Part shown: positions 1-8,179 of the stretch, piece by piece | Layout of the letters: each line of letters opens with the position of its first letter | Numbering within the stretch: position 1 is the stretch's first letter | From: a virus | Virus record (IMG/VR): IMGVR_UViG_3300037104_000796 | Coordinates: 1-64,000 of that record | Direction: 5' to 3' (one strand) | DNA length: 64,000 bases | Notes under the pieces: model-generated | What the model saw: only the letters and a program-made list of their open reading frames with translations | Databases searched by the model: none | What the model was told of the DNA's origin: nothing | Position numbers and translations under genes: made by a program

Positions 1-125
1 TTCAAAGTTTTATTCTCTTTATCAATTTTGTCAACCCTGATGAGGTTTTTAGCTGTGTTAAAATATACTCCATTGAGAACTAGTTCTCCGGCTGGAATAG
101 CTGTTACTTTCGGTGATTCTTTCAT
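1..125 (-). CDS. Hypothetical protein, partial (runs off window start)
   Basis: ATG at 125 on the minus strand, open to position 1 (MKESPKVTAIPAGELVLNGVYFNTAKNLIRVDKIDKENKTL...). Confidence 0.5.
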   Translation of the reverse strand, partial: MKESPKVTAIPAGELVLNGVYFNTAKNLIRVDKIDKENKTL

Positions 126-158
126 ATGATTTTTTGTATAAAGTGTATGTAATGTATT

Positions 159-585
159 TTATGACAATTTTACTGAAAAGTTTTTGGCCATGTTTGCAAT
201 CATTTCATCAGGAACACCATGTTCATTCTGGCCTCCATGTCTGTTTTCAACAATTATTGAAAATACTGTGTAACCGTGTTGCTTTCCCATTTTTGTGTAG
301 CCATTAACGTCTCTTTCTCTAACATTTGTGTTTGCTACAACTATTACAGGAGCTCCTTCATCCATTAGCTTTTCGCATTTTGCTTGACATAACATGTGAG
401 CTCTTGAAACTCTTTGAGGAGTCCAAACGTACTCACCGTTGATATAAAGGTAATCATCGGCACAACATATAGGTGCGTTGAATAAGGTGGCAAGAGTGTT
501 CTTTCCTGAACCTGATTTATGGGAGCCCTCTTAGGATGATCAACGATCTTCCAGAGAGGGCTCCATTTTCATTTAAGTTTTTCAT
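159..585 (-). CDS. AAA_33/polynucleotide-kinase-like P-loop protein interrupted by a 7-nt gap in Walker A (recoded gene or pseudogene)
   Basis: ATG 585 gives MKNLNENGALSGRSLIILRGLP then TAA (519-517). Skipping TAAATCA (519-513) continues GSGKNTLATLFNAPICCADDY...VVANTN...ENRHGGQNEHGVP to the stop at 159, giving 139 aa with a GLPGSGK P-loop. Confidence 0.75.
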
Positions 586-1415
586 AATTTATTAAATTTT
601 TCTTGATATCTTTTTGTAAATATAAGTTTTTCTTCTTTTATTAATTGTTTTATTTCTTTTAGTTTGAGCAATTTTGTACTTTCTGTTAATTTGTAGATAA
701 AGCTATGTTCTTTACAAAATTCTATTGCAGCTTCTTGTTTTCGTTGTACGCTATCGCTTTTCCACAACATCTTGGGTTTAATTTCAACTAAAAATTTATC
801 ATTAATAAAGAAATCAGGATGATAAGTTCTTTTATTTCCCGTATAATCGATATACTCTATCCTAAATTTTCTTTTTTCACCTGTTTCCCATTTTAAATTA
901 AATCTTTCAATAACATATATCATATATGAGAGTTCTTTTAGTGAGCGAAAAAACCAACCTTTATACCATCCACACCATCCATTTCCTGAACCCTGTGGTG
1001 AAGGCTTTCCATACATTGGATTTTTATCGCCTTTAATAGCTTTAGATATATTTGTTTTCCAATTTTTATATCTTATTTCTGCTTCTTCTTTTCCATATTT
1101 TTCAATCCATGTGTCTTTTATTGTTTTTCCAAACATTCCATTTTTTTCTCCTGATGTAATATTACTCATTGTTTGTCTAAATTCTGGAGATTGATAATCA
1201 AAACCATTTTCAAGACGAGATTTACTTATTTGCTTTTTTGTAATATCGGAATGATTTTTGTTTTTAAATGCATTTTCGTGTGTTTTATTGTATTCTCTCC
1301 AATTACTTCGGCAAGAAGCGCACTTTGAATTTTTATTTTTAGCGTTATTAAATGATATTAAATTTTTATATTTAATTTTTTTATTACATTCAGGACACTT
1401 TCTTATGTATGTCAT
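582..1415 (-). CDS. Free-standing homing endonuclease, TnsA-like PD-(D/E)XK nuclease with Zn-finger/NUMOD3-like N-terminus
   Basis: CxxC motifs, NPMYGK motif, FRSxxE and YHPDF...LVEIKP nuclease motif; C-terminal half nearly identical to 60201..61106. Confidence 0.75.
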   Translation of the reverse strand: MTYIRKCPECNKKIKYKNLISFNNAKNKNSKCASCRSNWREYNKTHENAFKNKNHSDITKKQISKSRLENGFDYQSPEFRQTMSNITSGEKNGMFGKTIKDTWIEKYGKEEAEIRYKNWKTNISKAIKGDKNPMYGKPSPQGSGNGWCGWYKGWFFRSLKELSYMIYVIERFNLKWETGEKRKFRIEYIDYTGNKRTYHPDFFINDKFLVEIKPKMLWKSDSVQRKQEAAIEFCKEHSFIYKLTESTKLLKLKEIKQLIKEEKLIFTKRYQEKFNKL

Positions 1416-1591
1416 TTTTTCTTGGTAGTATTTTTTCTTTGCTTAACATTACTTTTAATTTTTTCAATGTGGTCAACTATTTCTTGTATTTTTTCTCCTG
1501 CGCAAAAGATACTATATTTTCCTTCGTATTTTACGAGAAGAATATAATCTGGTCCTTTGCCTTCAATAAGATCTTTAATGTTAATGGCCAT
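1412..1591 (-). CDS. Small hypothetical protein (59 aa)
   Basis: MAINIKDLIEGKGPDYILLVKYEGKYSIF...; its stop overlaps the next ATG (ATGA). Confidence 0.55.
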   Translation of the reverse strand: MAINIKDLIEGKGPDYILLVKYEGKYSIFCAGEKIQEIVDHIEKIKSNVKQRKNTTKKK

Positions 1592-1651
1592 ATCATATAT
1601 AATTATTTTGGTTGGATATTAATATTTATATATAATATGAATTTAAACTAG

Positions 1652-1735
1652 TAGCCGCCTTGGAAAGATTCGAACTTTCAACCATTTCTGGACCCATGTC
1701 TATCATCTGGGCTATAATCCAGAGTAGCAAAGCAG
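1652..1735 (-). ncRNA. tRNA-like element / degenerate tRNA
   Basis: Perfect T-arm GAAAG-TTCGAAT-CTTTC, acceptor pairing CTGCTTTG/CAAGGCGG, D-like stem GCTA..TAGC; anticodon arm non-canonical; lies downstream of an early promoter motif. Confidence 0.45.
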
Positions 1736-1780
1736 TGTATCATTAAGTTAAAAGAACTATTCCTGATTAATTTTGATAGT

Positions 1781-1812
1781 TAAATATAACAATAATTTCT
1801 GACACGAAAAAA
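1781..1812 (-). promoter_or_regulatory. Early (host-sigma) promoter motif TCRGARA-N6-TTATATT
   Basis: Same motif and spacing at 1781(-), 2848(-), 3068(+), 4691(+), 7665(+), 8942(+); two copies end in TATATTTG, the Bacteroidota -7 consensus TAnnTTTG. Confidence 0.65.
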
Positions 1813-1846
1813 TATTTTGCCACTTATTTTTAACAAAAATTTAATT

Positions 1847-2068
1847 TTATTCTTCAAAGGCTTCTATAAGATTCAAATCTCCTAAGAATTCATTTATCAT
1901 TTTTATTTTACTGATGCACGTTTCGGCTCCGGTAAGATAAATGTCTTGAGCATATTTAGTGGTAGCTTTTCTAGCTTCGTCTTCATATTTTTTCTGTCCT
2001 TCTTTAAGTACGTCAATCATTCTACCATACTTAATTCTCATTTTAGCTTTTAATTCTTTTGAATCCAT
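1847..2068 (-). CDS. Hypothetical protein
   Basis: 73-aa ORF overlapping the upstream gene in the same operon. Confidence 0.6.
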   Translation of the reverse strand: MDSKELKAKMRIKYGRMIDVLKEGQKKYEDEARKATTKYAQDIYLTGAETCISKIKMINEFLGDLNLIEAFEE

Positions 2069-2859
2069 AGTGGTTGTGTTTTATTAAATTTGTAATAATA
2101 TTTGCTTGGGTATAAAAGTTCTTCCATATTTGGAGGTGTTGCTGCTACAAGCATTTGAATGCCTTTTTTAATCCCGTAATAATCTAAGAATCCTTGAACG
2201 TACTCAAGCGAATATTTATACATTATAATTGAATACATGTCTTTACTTTGTATTTCTTCAGTTGATTCTGGAATATATTCGGGACCAACTATTGCTTGAC
2301 CCATTTTATAAGGGATGTAAACTGCTATTCCTTCTTCCAAAAATAAAGAGCCAAATGAATGTATAGGAATAAGTGAAAAGTTATTGTATGCAGGATTAAC
2401 ATACATGCTATCCATTCTCATTTCTCTGATAACCTGATTGAAATATATGTGTGTCAACTCATGAAGTATTGTAGTCTTTACAAAATTGTTTGCTTCTAAT
2501 AAAGAACGCTTCTTATACTTAGGAAGCCAATCCAATTCGTATTCATAATACTTTTCTTCATTTGTGATAATGATTTCACCTGAGCCTTTATAAGATAACG
2601 TTAATCCTAATACGTCTGGATTTTCATCGTATTGGCTTATGTCATCTGCTATCATTTCAATATCATACACACTATCATGTACAAACTTTGAGAATTCATC
2701 AGCCAATTTGAATTTGTTATCTTTCACATATTGCTCTATACCTTTTGTGGTTGGGATTCCTTTCTTAGTTAAAGGATAGCCATTATCGGTAATCAACGAG
2801 AGGTTAACGAATAAAAACAGTATGATAAAAAGTAGTTTATGCATGTACAAATATAACAA
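2050..2859 (-). CDS. Secreted/membrane-anchored zinc metallopeptidase (HExxH, gluzincin-like)
   Basis: Hydrophobic N-terminus (LLFIILFLFVNLSLI), ILHELTH and downstream EEGIA; true start probably the ATG at 2844. Confidence 0.6.
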   Translation of the reverse strand: MLYLYMHKLLFIILFLFVNLSLITDNGYPLTKKGIPTTKGIEQYVKDNKFKLADEFSKFVHDSVYDIEMIADDISQYDENPDVLGLTLSYKGSGEIIITNEEKYYEYELDWLPKYKKRSLLEANNFVKTTILHELTHIYFNQVIREMRMDSMYVNPAYNNFSLIPIHSFGSLFLEEGIAVYIPYKMGQAIVGPEYIPESTEEIQSKDMYSIIMYKYSLEYVQGFLDYYGIKKGIQMLVAATPPNMEELLYPSKYYYKFNKTQPLWIQKN

Positions 2860-2879
2860 ATTTCTCTGACACGAAAAAA
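2848..2879 (-). promoter_or_regulatory. Early promoter motif
   Basis: TTTTTCGTGTCAGAGAAATTTGTTATATTTG on the minus strand. Confidence 0.6.
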
Positions 2880-3067
2880 TAAATTTAACATTATTTTAAA
2901 AAACTTTTAATACCTTTAGATATACATGCACGCGCGGGTACACGTACACGACTCAGAGCAAATCTTTCCTTGAGGCTTAAATACTTAAGTTATATTGCAC
3001 ACTGGGAACAAGTTTTGTACTTTGAGTTAAATTTTTGTTAAAATTGTTGAAAATAAATAGATAAATA

Positions 3068-3098
3068 TTTCTTCGTTTCAGAAATTTGTATTATATTA
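3068..3098 (+). promoter_or_regulatory. Early promoter motif
   Basis: TCAGAAA-tttgta-TTATATTA upstream of 3117. Confidence 0.6.
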
Positions 3099-3116
3099 GT
3101 ACTATAGAAATTAAAA

Positions 3117-3317
3117 ATGGATAGATGTATTACATGTAAACACTGGACTCCGAGAACATTTTATGTTTATCCGGGTGCTATTAACGATGGAAAATGCGCT
3201 AAGTTGCCGGGTAGTAAAATGACTATAAGTTTACAAACTGGATGGGAAGGCGGATATGTAGATTACATTGAAACAGAAAGTGATTTTGGATGTACAGAAC
3301 ATAAAGCAAAAGAGTAA
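3117..3317 (+). CDS. Small Cys-rich hypothetical protein
   Basis: CxxCxHW...GxC...DFGC pattern, 66 aa. Confidence 0.65.
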   Translation: MDRCITCKHWTPRTFYVYPGAINDGKCAKLPGSKMTISLQTGWEGGYVDYIETESDFGCTEHKAKE

Positions 3318-3353
3318 GGTCTTTAAAGAATTTTGTGGATATATAAAATAAAA

Positions 3354-3992
3354 ATGGATTCACATTATTACTGTTATATCACTATCAATAAAACTAATGG
3401 CAAATGCTATGTTGGTTCTCATACACATACTGATACTTTTGATAAAAAATATTTAGGTTCAGGAAAAATTCTATCAAATGCAATAAAAAGATATGGTAAA
3501 GAAAATTTTGTTTCGGCACCTTTAAAATATTTCAAAAATAGAAAAGAATCGTACAGCAATGAAGAAAAATACATTCTATTATTTGATACACTTGAGCCCA
3601 ATGGGTATAATATAAGCCCGAATGGCGGGATAATGGGTCCCAGATTTTTTTCAGATAAAACAAAAGAAGAGTATAAATTACAAAGAAAAGGAAAAACCTT
3701 GGTCGAAATTCTCGGAGAAGAAGGAGCACGAATTAGAGGTGAAAAAATAGGTAAAAAGAAAAAAGGACAACATCATACTAAAGAAGCAAAAGATAAAATA
3801 AGTAAAGCTTTAATAGGAAAAACATATCCTCCGCGAACCGAAGAACATAAAAAACATCTTAGTGAAGCTAGTTTAAATAGAAAAATGTCCGAAACTGCAA
3901 AAGAAAAAATGAGAAAAGCAAAAAAAGGACAAATTCCTTGGAATAAAGGTATAAAACAAAAAGACTACAAAAATGGAATCAAAATTTTTTAA
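3354..3992 (+). CDS. GIY-YIG (Seg-like) homing endonuclease with NUMOD3 motifs
   Basis: YCYITINKTNGKCYVGS, YLGSG, GYNIS, HTKEAKDKIS, PWNKG; ATG 3354 preferred. Confidence 0.85.
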   Translation: MDSHYYCYITINKTNGKCYVGSHTHTDTFDKKYLGSGKILSNAIKRYGKENFVSAPLKYFKNRKESYSNEEKYILLFDTLEPNGYNISPNGGIMGPRFFSDKTKEEYKLQRKGKTLVEILGEEGARIRGEKIGKKKKGQHHTKEAKDKISKALIGKTYPPRTEEHKKHLSEASLNRKMSETAKEKMRKAKKGQIPWNKGIKQKDYKNGIKIF

Positions 3993-4128
3993 AATAGTAC
4001 AAGAAGTTAATAGAAAATCTGCGCTTTCTCAGGGATTTTACGACGGGAGATTTCGTTCACGCACCATCCCTGATAAGAAAAAGTGCGTTCACATAAAATT
4101 ACGCAAAAACAAAGTAATCATCGATTAA
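3973..4128 (+). CDS. Small basic protein, possible ArfA-like ribosome rescue factor
   Basis: Not in the ORF track; 51 aa MESKFFKIVQEVNRKSALSQGFYDGRFRSRTIPDKKKCVHIKLRKNKVIID; FRxRxxxxKK resembles ArfA FRQRVEKNKK. Confidence 0.4.
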   Translation: MESKFFKIVQEVNRKSALSQGFYDGRFRSRTIPDKKKCVHIKLRKNKVIID

Positions 4129-4139
4129 TATAACAAGAA

Positions 4140-4637
4140 ATGGAAAAATTAATATTTCATAAGGTAGACGGACAAAACATCGAAGATGTTGAAAAGTACG
4201 TTAAGGACTGGACTAAGGAAAACCCTTTTGGTTCAGTTATCATAGGTTGTGACTCACAAGTTCATGGACGTAGAGTTAAATACTCAATTGCTGTTGTTAT
4301 GCACTATATCGATAGAATGGGTGGTGGACACGGTGGACACGTTCTTATTGCAGACGTTTGGGAAAAAAGAATGGCAAAAACTCCATTGGAAGAAATGCCT
4401 GCAAAACTTTGGAAAGAAGCAGAATTTGTTCTTATGGCTGCACAAATGGTTGATGGTGGAAGCGAAATGTTCAGAAAAAGAATCACTATTCACCTTGATT
4501 ACAGTGATGACGCTAAAAACAAATCAAATATGATGTTTGCTGCAGGTATTGGTTATCTTACTGGTATGGGTTACACTGCAATGGGAAAGCCCCACGCATA
4601 TGTTGCAACTCACACTGCAGATGCATTCTGTAGATAA
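4140..4637 (+). CDS. Ribonuclease H-like YkuK family protein (DUF458)
   Basis: IIGCDSQ, LWKEAE, IHLDY...KSN, AxxxAD motifs. Confidence 0.8.
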   Translation: MEKLIFHKVDGQNIEDVEKYVKDWTKENPFGSVIIGCDSQVHGRRVKYSIAVVMHYIDRMGGGHGGHVLIADVWEKRMAKTPLEEMPAKLWKEAEFVLMAAQMVDGGSEMFRKRITIHLDYSDDAKNKSNMMFAAGIGYLTGMGYTAMGKPHAYVATHTADAFCR

Positions 4638-4640
4638 TAT

Positions 4641-4671
4641 AAAGGGTCCAGAGTAATTTGGACCCTTTTTT
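4641..4671 (+). terminator. Rho-independent terminator
   Basis: AAAGGGTCCA-gagtaatt-TGGACCCTTTTTT. Confidence 0.8.
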
Positions 4672-4690
4672 AAAAATAAATGGCAAATAA

Positions 4691-4722
4691 TTTTTTATTG
4701 TCAGAAATAATGATTATATTTG
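4691..4722 (+). promoter_or_regulatory. Early promoter motif
   Basis: TCAGAAA-taatga-TTATATTTG upstream of 4741. Confidence 0.65.
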
Positions 4723-4740
4723 CTATAGAATTAATAAACT

Positions 4741-5505
4741 ATGAAAAATTTAGTTACTCAGTTCAGAAAAGGTGCACCTCTTAAAAGTGCTAAAGATACT
4801 ATTCACGAAAGTATCAAATACGATTGGGACCGTAGACACAATTCTGCTTATCATCCTACTGATGGTATTTGGCCATGGAAACGTGTAAAACGTATTTGTA
4901 AAGCTTTTGTTGGCAAACCTTTCGCTGAAGCATTTTCAAAATATTGTTCTGAAGTTCCTGTTTATCAACAGAAGATATTCCTTGACGAATTCAATAACAG
5001 TGGAAGACCTAACAACGATTACTGGAATTATTATTTCGTTGACAAACAAGGTAACATTCAACTTCACGTTGGAACATATTTCAAAAATAAAGCTAAAAAA
5101 GTTTACTACTATTCAGACGATTACAAAACTACAAAAGTACATAAAATTACAGGTGCTGCTTATCCAGAAGATTGGTTTTTAAGAAATAAAAAGAATTTTA
5201 ATGAAGAAGATTACGAATCTGTGGTTGCTTCAGGTTTTTTTCTTGAATTTTCTTCTCCAAAAGACCCAGAATACATCAGACTTACTACTGACCAAAGAAA
5301 ACGCAGAAAAGCAGCTAAAAGAGTAGCAGAAAAAGAAGCTGCTGAAAAAGCTTATTCTTTCATTAGCAAATCTGAAAAAGAACTTGAAAAAGAAAAAGAG
5401 AATAACAAACTTAAAATAGAAGTCAAAGGATTTGATTATGAAACATCATTCAGGAATGCTGGAATTAATCCAGACACTATCAAAGAACATCAAGGCTTCG
5501 CTTAA
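4741..5505 (+). CDS. Hypothetical protein
   Basis: 254-aa ORF behind an early promoter; basic coiled C-terminus. Confidence 0.7.
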   Translation: MKNLVTQFRKGAPLKSAKDTIHESIKYDWDRRHNSAYHPTDGIWPWKRVKRICKAFVGKPFAEAFSKYCSEVPVYQQKIFLDEFNNSGRPNNDYWNYYFVDKQGNIQLHVGTYFKNKAKKVYYYSDDYKTTKVHKITGAAYPEDWFLRNKKNFNEEDYESVVASGFFLEFSSPKDPEYIRLTTDQRKRRKAAKRVAEKEAAEKAYSFISKSEKELEKEKENNKLKIEVKGFDYETSFRNAGINPDTIKEHQGFA

Positions 5506-5515
5506 TAATCAAAAC

Positions 5516-5650
5516 ATGAATACAATTTCAATTAACGGACGATCAATCTCCGTATCAGGCAATAGTGTTTCTGTCATTAACGGAAAAATCATTGTTGATG
5601 GCCAAATTGTTGAAGAAGGTTGGAAATTTAAAATTGAAAGACAGTACTAA
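5516..5650 (+). CDS. Small hypothetical protein
   Basis: MNTISINGRSISVSGNSVSVINGKIIVDGQIVEEG..., fills the gap between neighbouring genes. Confidence 0.5.
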   Translation: MNTISINGRSISVSGNSVSVINGKIIVDGQIVEEGWKFKIERQY

Positions 5651-5651
5651 T

Positions 5652-6317
5652 ATGAATTATTTAGCAGAGTTAGTTAATAAAGAATTGGATAAAAAGTACG
5701 CTAAAATGAATAGAGCAGAAGAAATTTGCAAAGCCCTCAAAATCGATTACAATCAGATTTTGAACATTTATCCTTACGGATCAAGAGTTTATGGGTCGAT
5801 TAATGAATTTTCTGATGAAGACTTTATTATCGTATACAAAGCTTCTTTACTTCCAAGCGGAGCATTCAAAGATAATGCTATTTCTTCAGAAGATAGAGAA
5901 ATTCAGGGCACATGTTTTTCACGTGGTGGATTTATTGATGCTTTGAATAACTACCAGATTGTTGCATTAGAATGTACATTTTTACCTGAAGACAAAATAG
6001 TTCAGAAGAAAATGAACTTTCCTTTGAGACAACTTGATAAAAAAGTGATGGCAAACAAACTTATTACAACTGCCTCAGCAAGTTGGCATAATGCAATTTT
6101 ATCTCACAAAGATAACAACATTTTGTACGCAAAGAAAAATATCTACCATGCTCTAAGAATACTCGAGTTTGGAATTCAGATTAAGAAATTTGATAAGATT
6201 GTAGATTATTCAGTAATGAATGATTTTAAAAGAGAATTGGACTTCAGAGCAGCAGATTTTCATGTTAGTTCATTTTTCCCAAGATTTACAGAATTATGTG
6301 AAATATTAAAAAGATGA
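5652..6317 (+). CDS. Pol-beta superfamily nucleotidyltransferase
   Basis: YPYGSRVYG...SDEDFIIV (GS + DxD) and a helical C-terminal KNIYHALR motif; ATG 5652 preferred. Confidence 0.75.
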   Translation: MNYLAELVNKELDKKYAKMNRAEEICKALKIDYNQILNIYPYGSRVYGSINEFSDEDFIIVYKASLLPSGAFKDNAISSEDREIQGTCFSRGGFIDALNNYQIVALECTFLPEDKIVQKKMNFPLRQLDKKVMANKLITTASASWHNAILSHKDNNILYAKKNIYHALRILEFGIQIKKFDKIVDYSVMNDFKRELDFRAADFHVSSFFPRFTELCEILKR

Positions 6318-7480
6318 CATATCAGTTAACATATAACGACGCAATTAAACTTTGCGAAGCATACAAGAACTTTAACTTCTATAAGACTGAACACATGTTC
6401 GGTAATTACAAAGTAGTTACATTCAACTATTTCTTGTGTGAATACAAAAACTTTGTGAAGCCATTAGAGAATGAGCCAAACATCAATGGACTTGATATGC
6501 GTGGTGTTACTTTCGTTTTCAATGAAGATGGAACTTTGTACAAAAGATTTTTGATGCTTAAGAAATTTTTCAACGTAAATCAGGTTGAAGAAACTCAGCT
6601 TTCCTTGCTTAAGTCTAAGAAGATTAAGAGTGTAACAGTTAAGGAAGATGGATCATTAATTGCATTTATGCAGTTACCTAATAAGAGTGTTTTTGCCAAA
6701 ACACAGGCAGGATTTACGAACGAACAGTCCTCAGCTGCTATGCAGTTATACAATCACCAGAAGGGAGTTAAAAAATTAGTTGATGAAGCACTTGAAGTTG
6801 GAATGACTGCTTTATTTGAATACGTTGCTTACGATAATAGAGTTGTTTTGAAGTACGCTACAAAAGAACTTCGTTTCATAGGTGTACGTGATAACAAATA
6901 TGGCGAATATATTTCAGCTGCCGAAATGGTTAACGACTCTTTATCAATTGTTCCTCACGTTAAAACAATGAAATTCAACTCATTGAACGAAATTGATGAA
7001 TTAATGAAGACCACTACCGATATGGAAGGTGTTGTAGTTGAATTTGAAGATGGACAGTTAGTGAAGTGGAAGACTGCATGGTATTTCAATCTTCATGGAA
7101 TTCGTACCGTAAATATTTTTAGAGAAGACTTCGTTATCAAAAATTACTTAGAAGGAACTCTGGATGACGCTACACAGGAATTGAACATGACTGATGATGC
7201 CGATGCTTTCAAATTCATCGATATAGTCAAAAGAGCAGTTGGAAATTGGGCGATAAATATTGAAGAAAACGTAGATGCTTTAGTAGCAGATTACAATACT
7301 TCGTTTTACTTTGGACATTGGTCAAAGTTTGCAACTGATAAACATAAATCAAAATTCTTCGGATTGGCTAGAACAAAAATAGAAACTCCGGAAATGTATA
7401 ACAAGAAAAAAGTTGGTTATATGTTGAATGCTACCAAGCATTTATTCGATGCGAAATATATAGTAGAAAAGTGGACATAA
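6314..7480 (+). CDS. rnlA: T4 Rnl1-like RNA ligase
   Basis: MRGVTF, KFFNVNQ, KEDGS (motif I), FEY, EGVV, VKWKT ligase motifs. Confidence 0.85.
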   Translation: MTYQLTYNDAIKLCEAYKNFNFYKTEHMFGNYKVVTFNYFLCEYKNFVKPLENEPNINGLDMRGVTFVFNEDGTLYKRFLMLKKFFNVNQVEETQLSLLKSKKIKSVTVKEDGSLIAFMQLPNKSVFAKTQAGFTNEQSSAAMQLYNHQKGVKKLVDEALEVGMTALFEYVAYDNRVVLKYATKELRFIGVRDNKYGEYISAAEMVNDSLSIVPHVKTMKFNSLNEIDELMKTTTDMEGVVVEFEDGQLVKWKTAWYFNLHGIRTVNIFREDFVIKNYLEGTLDDATQELNMTDDADAFKFIDIVKRAVGNWAINIEENVDALVADYNTSFYFGHWSKFATDKHKSKFFGLARTKIETPEMYNKKKVGYMLNATKHLFDAKYIVEKWT

Positions 7481-7644
7481 AATTATTAGAAAAGTTACCA
7501 ACTAAAAGATTGTTAACTTTTTATAAAGCAGAAAGAAAAAGACAAAATTCAATTGGACACAGTCCTGACGATCATTGGGATGTTGATTTAAATGACATTA
7601 AAAAAATGCTTGACGCAAGAGAGCACGTAGAAAAGAATAAATAA
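7471..7644 (+). CDS. Small hypothetical protein (57 aa)
   Basis: GTG start, MDIKLLEKLPTKRLLTFYKAERKR...IKKMLDAREHVEKNK; not in the ORF track. Confidence 0.5.
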   Translation: MDIKLLEKLPTKRLLTFYKAERKRQNSIGHSPDDHWDVDLNDIKKMLDAREHVEKNK

Positions 7645-7699
7645 ATAAAATAGTTTCTGATAAATTTTTATTTGTCGGAAATTATTGTTATATTCAATT

Positions 7700-8179
7700 A
7701 TGAAAGTATTCGCATATAGTAAACAAAAGTTTAATCGTTTTATGAGAGAACAAAATATTGATGACTCAAATGTAGAGTCATATGATATATATGCTTTCAT
7801 ATCTATTCTTGATGTGGTTGGTTTAGATTGTGACGGCCATTTTGAAAAAAATCATAATAATGTACTAGTACAGCATTTTGGAGATTATGGAGAACCTGAA
7901 GAAGGCAAAAAACCAGGTCCTGGACATTTTAATAATAAACAAGCAAAAGAAATAATTGAATTTGTTGAACTGAATAAAAATAAACAAATTATGATTGTAC
8001 ATTGTACGGCCGGAATTGCACGGTCTGGAGCAGTTGCAGCTTTTATAAATGATTTATACGGTAACTCTTATAAAGAATTTTTTAATGATAATAGACAAAT
8101 ACAACCCAATTCATATATTTCAAGAATATTACGAGAAAAATATAGAAATAAATTTTTAAGTTCTTATAAAGAAGAATAA
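7700..8179 (+). CDS. CX5R (tyrosine/dual-specificity-type) phosphatase
   Basis: VHCTAGIARSGAV signature, QPN near C-terminus; early promoter at 7665. Confidence 0.8.
   Translation: MKVFAYSKQKFNRFMREQNIDDSNVESYDIYAFISILDVVGLDCDGHFEKNHNNVLVQHFGDYGEPEEGKKPGPGHFNNKQAKEIIEFVELNKNKQIMIVHCTAGIARSGAVAAFINDLYGNSYKEFFNDNRQIQPNSYISRILREKYRNKFLSSYKEE

Noticed and set aside
510-525. Simple +1 frameshift at CCA-TAA in the kinase gene
   Set aside because: It would give GLPKSGSGK, breaking GxxxxGK spacing; only the 7-nt skip restores the canonical P-loop. Not formally excluded.
113-1651. Plus-strand ORFs 113..307 and 1409..1651
   Set aside because: Shadows of minus-strand genes (kinase; 59-aa ORF 1412..1591).
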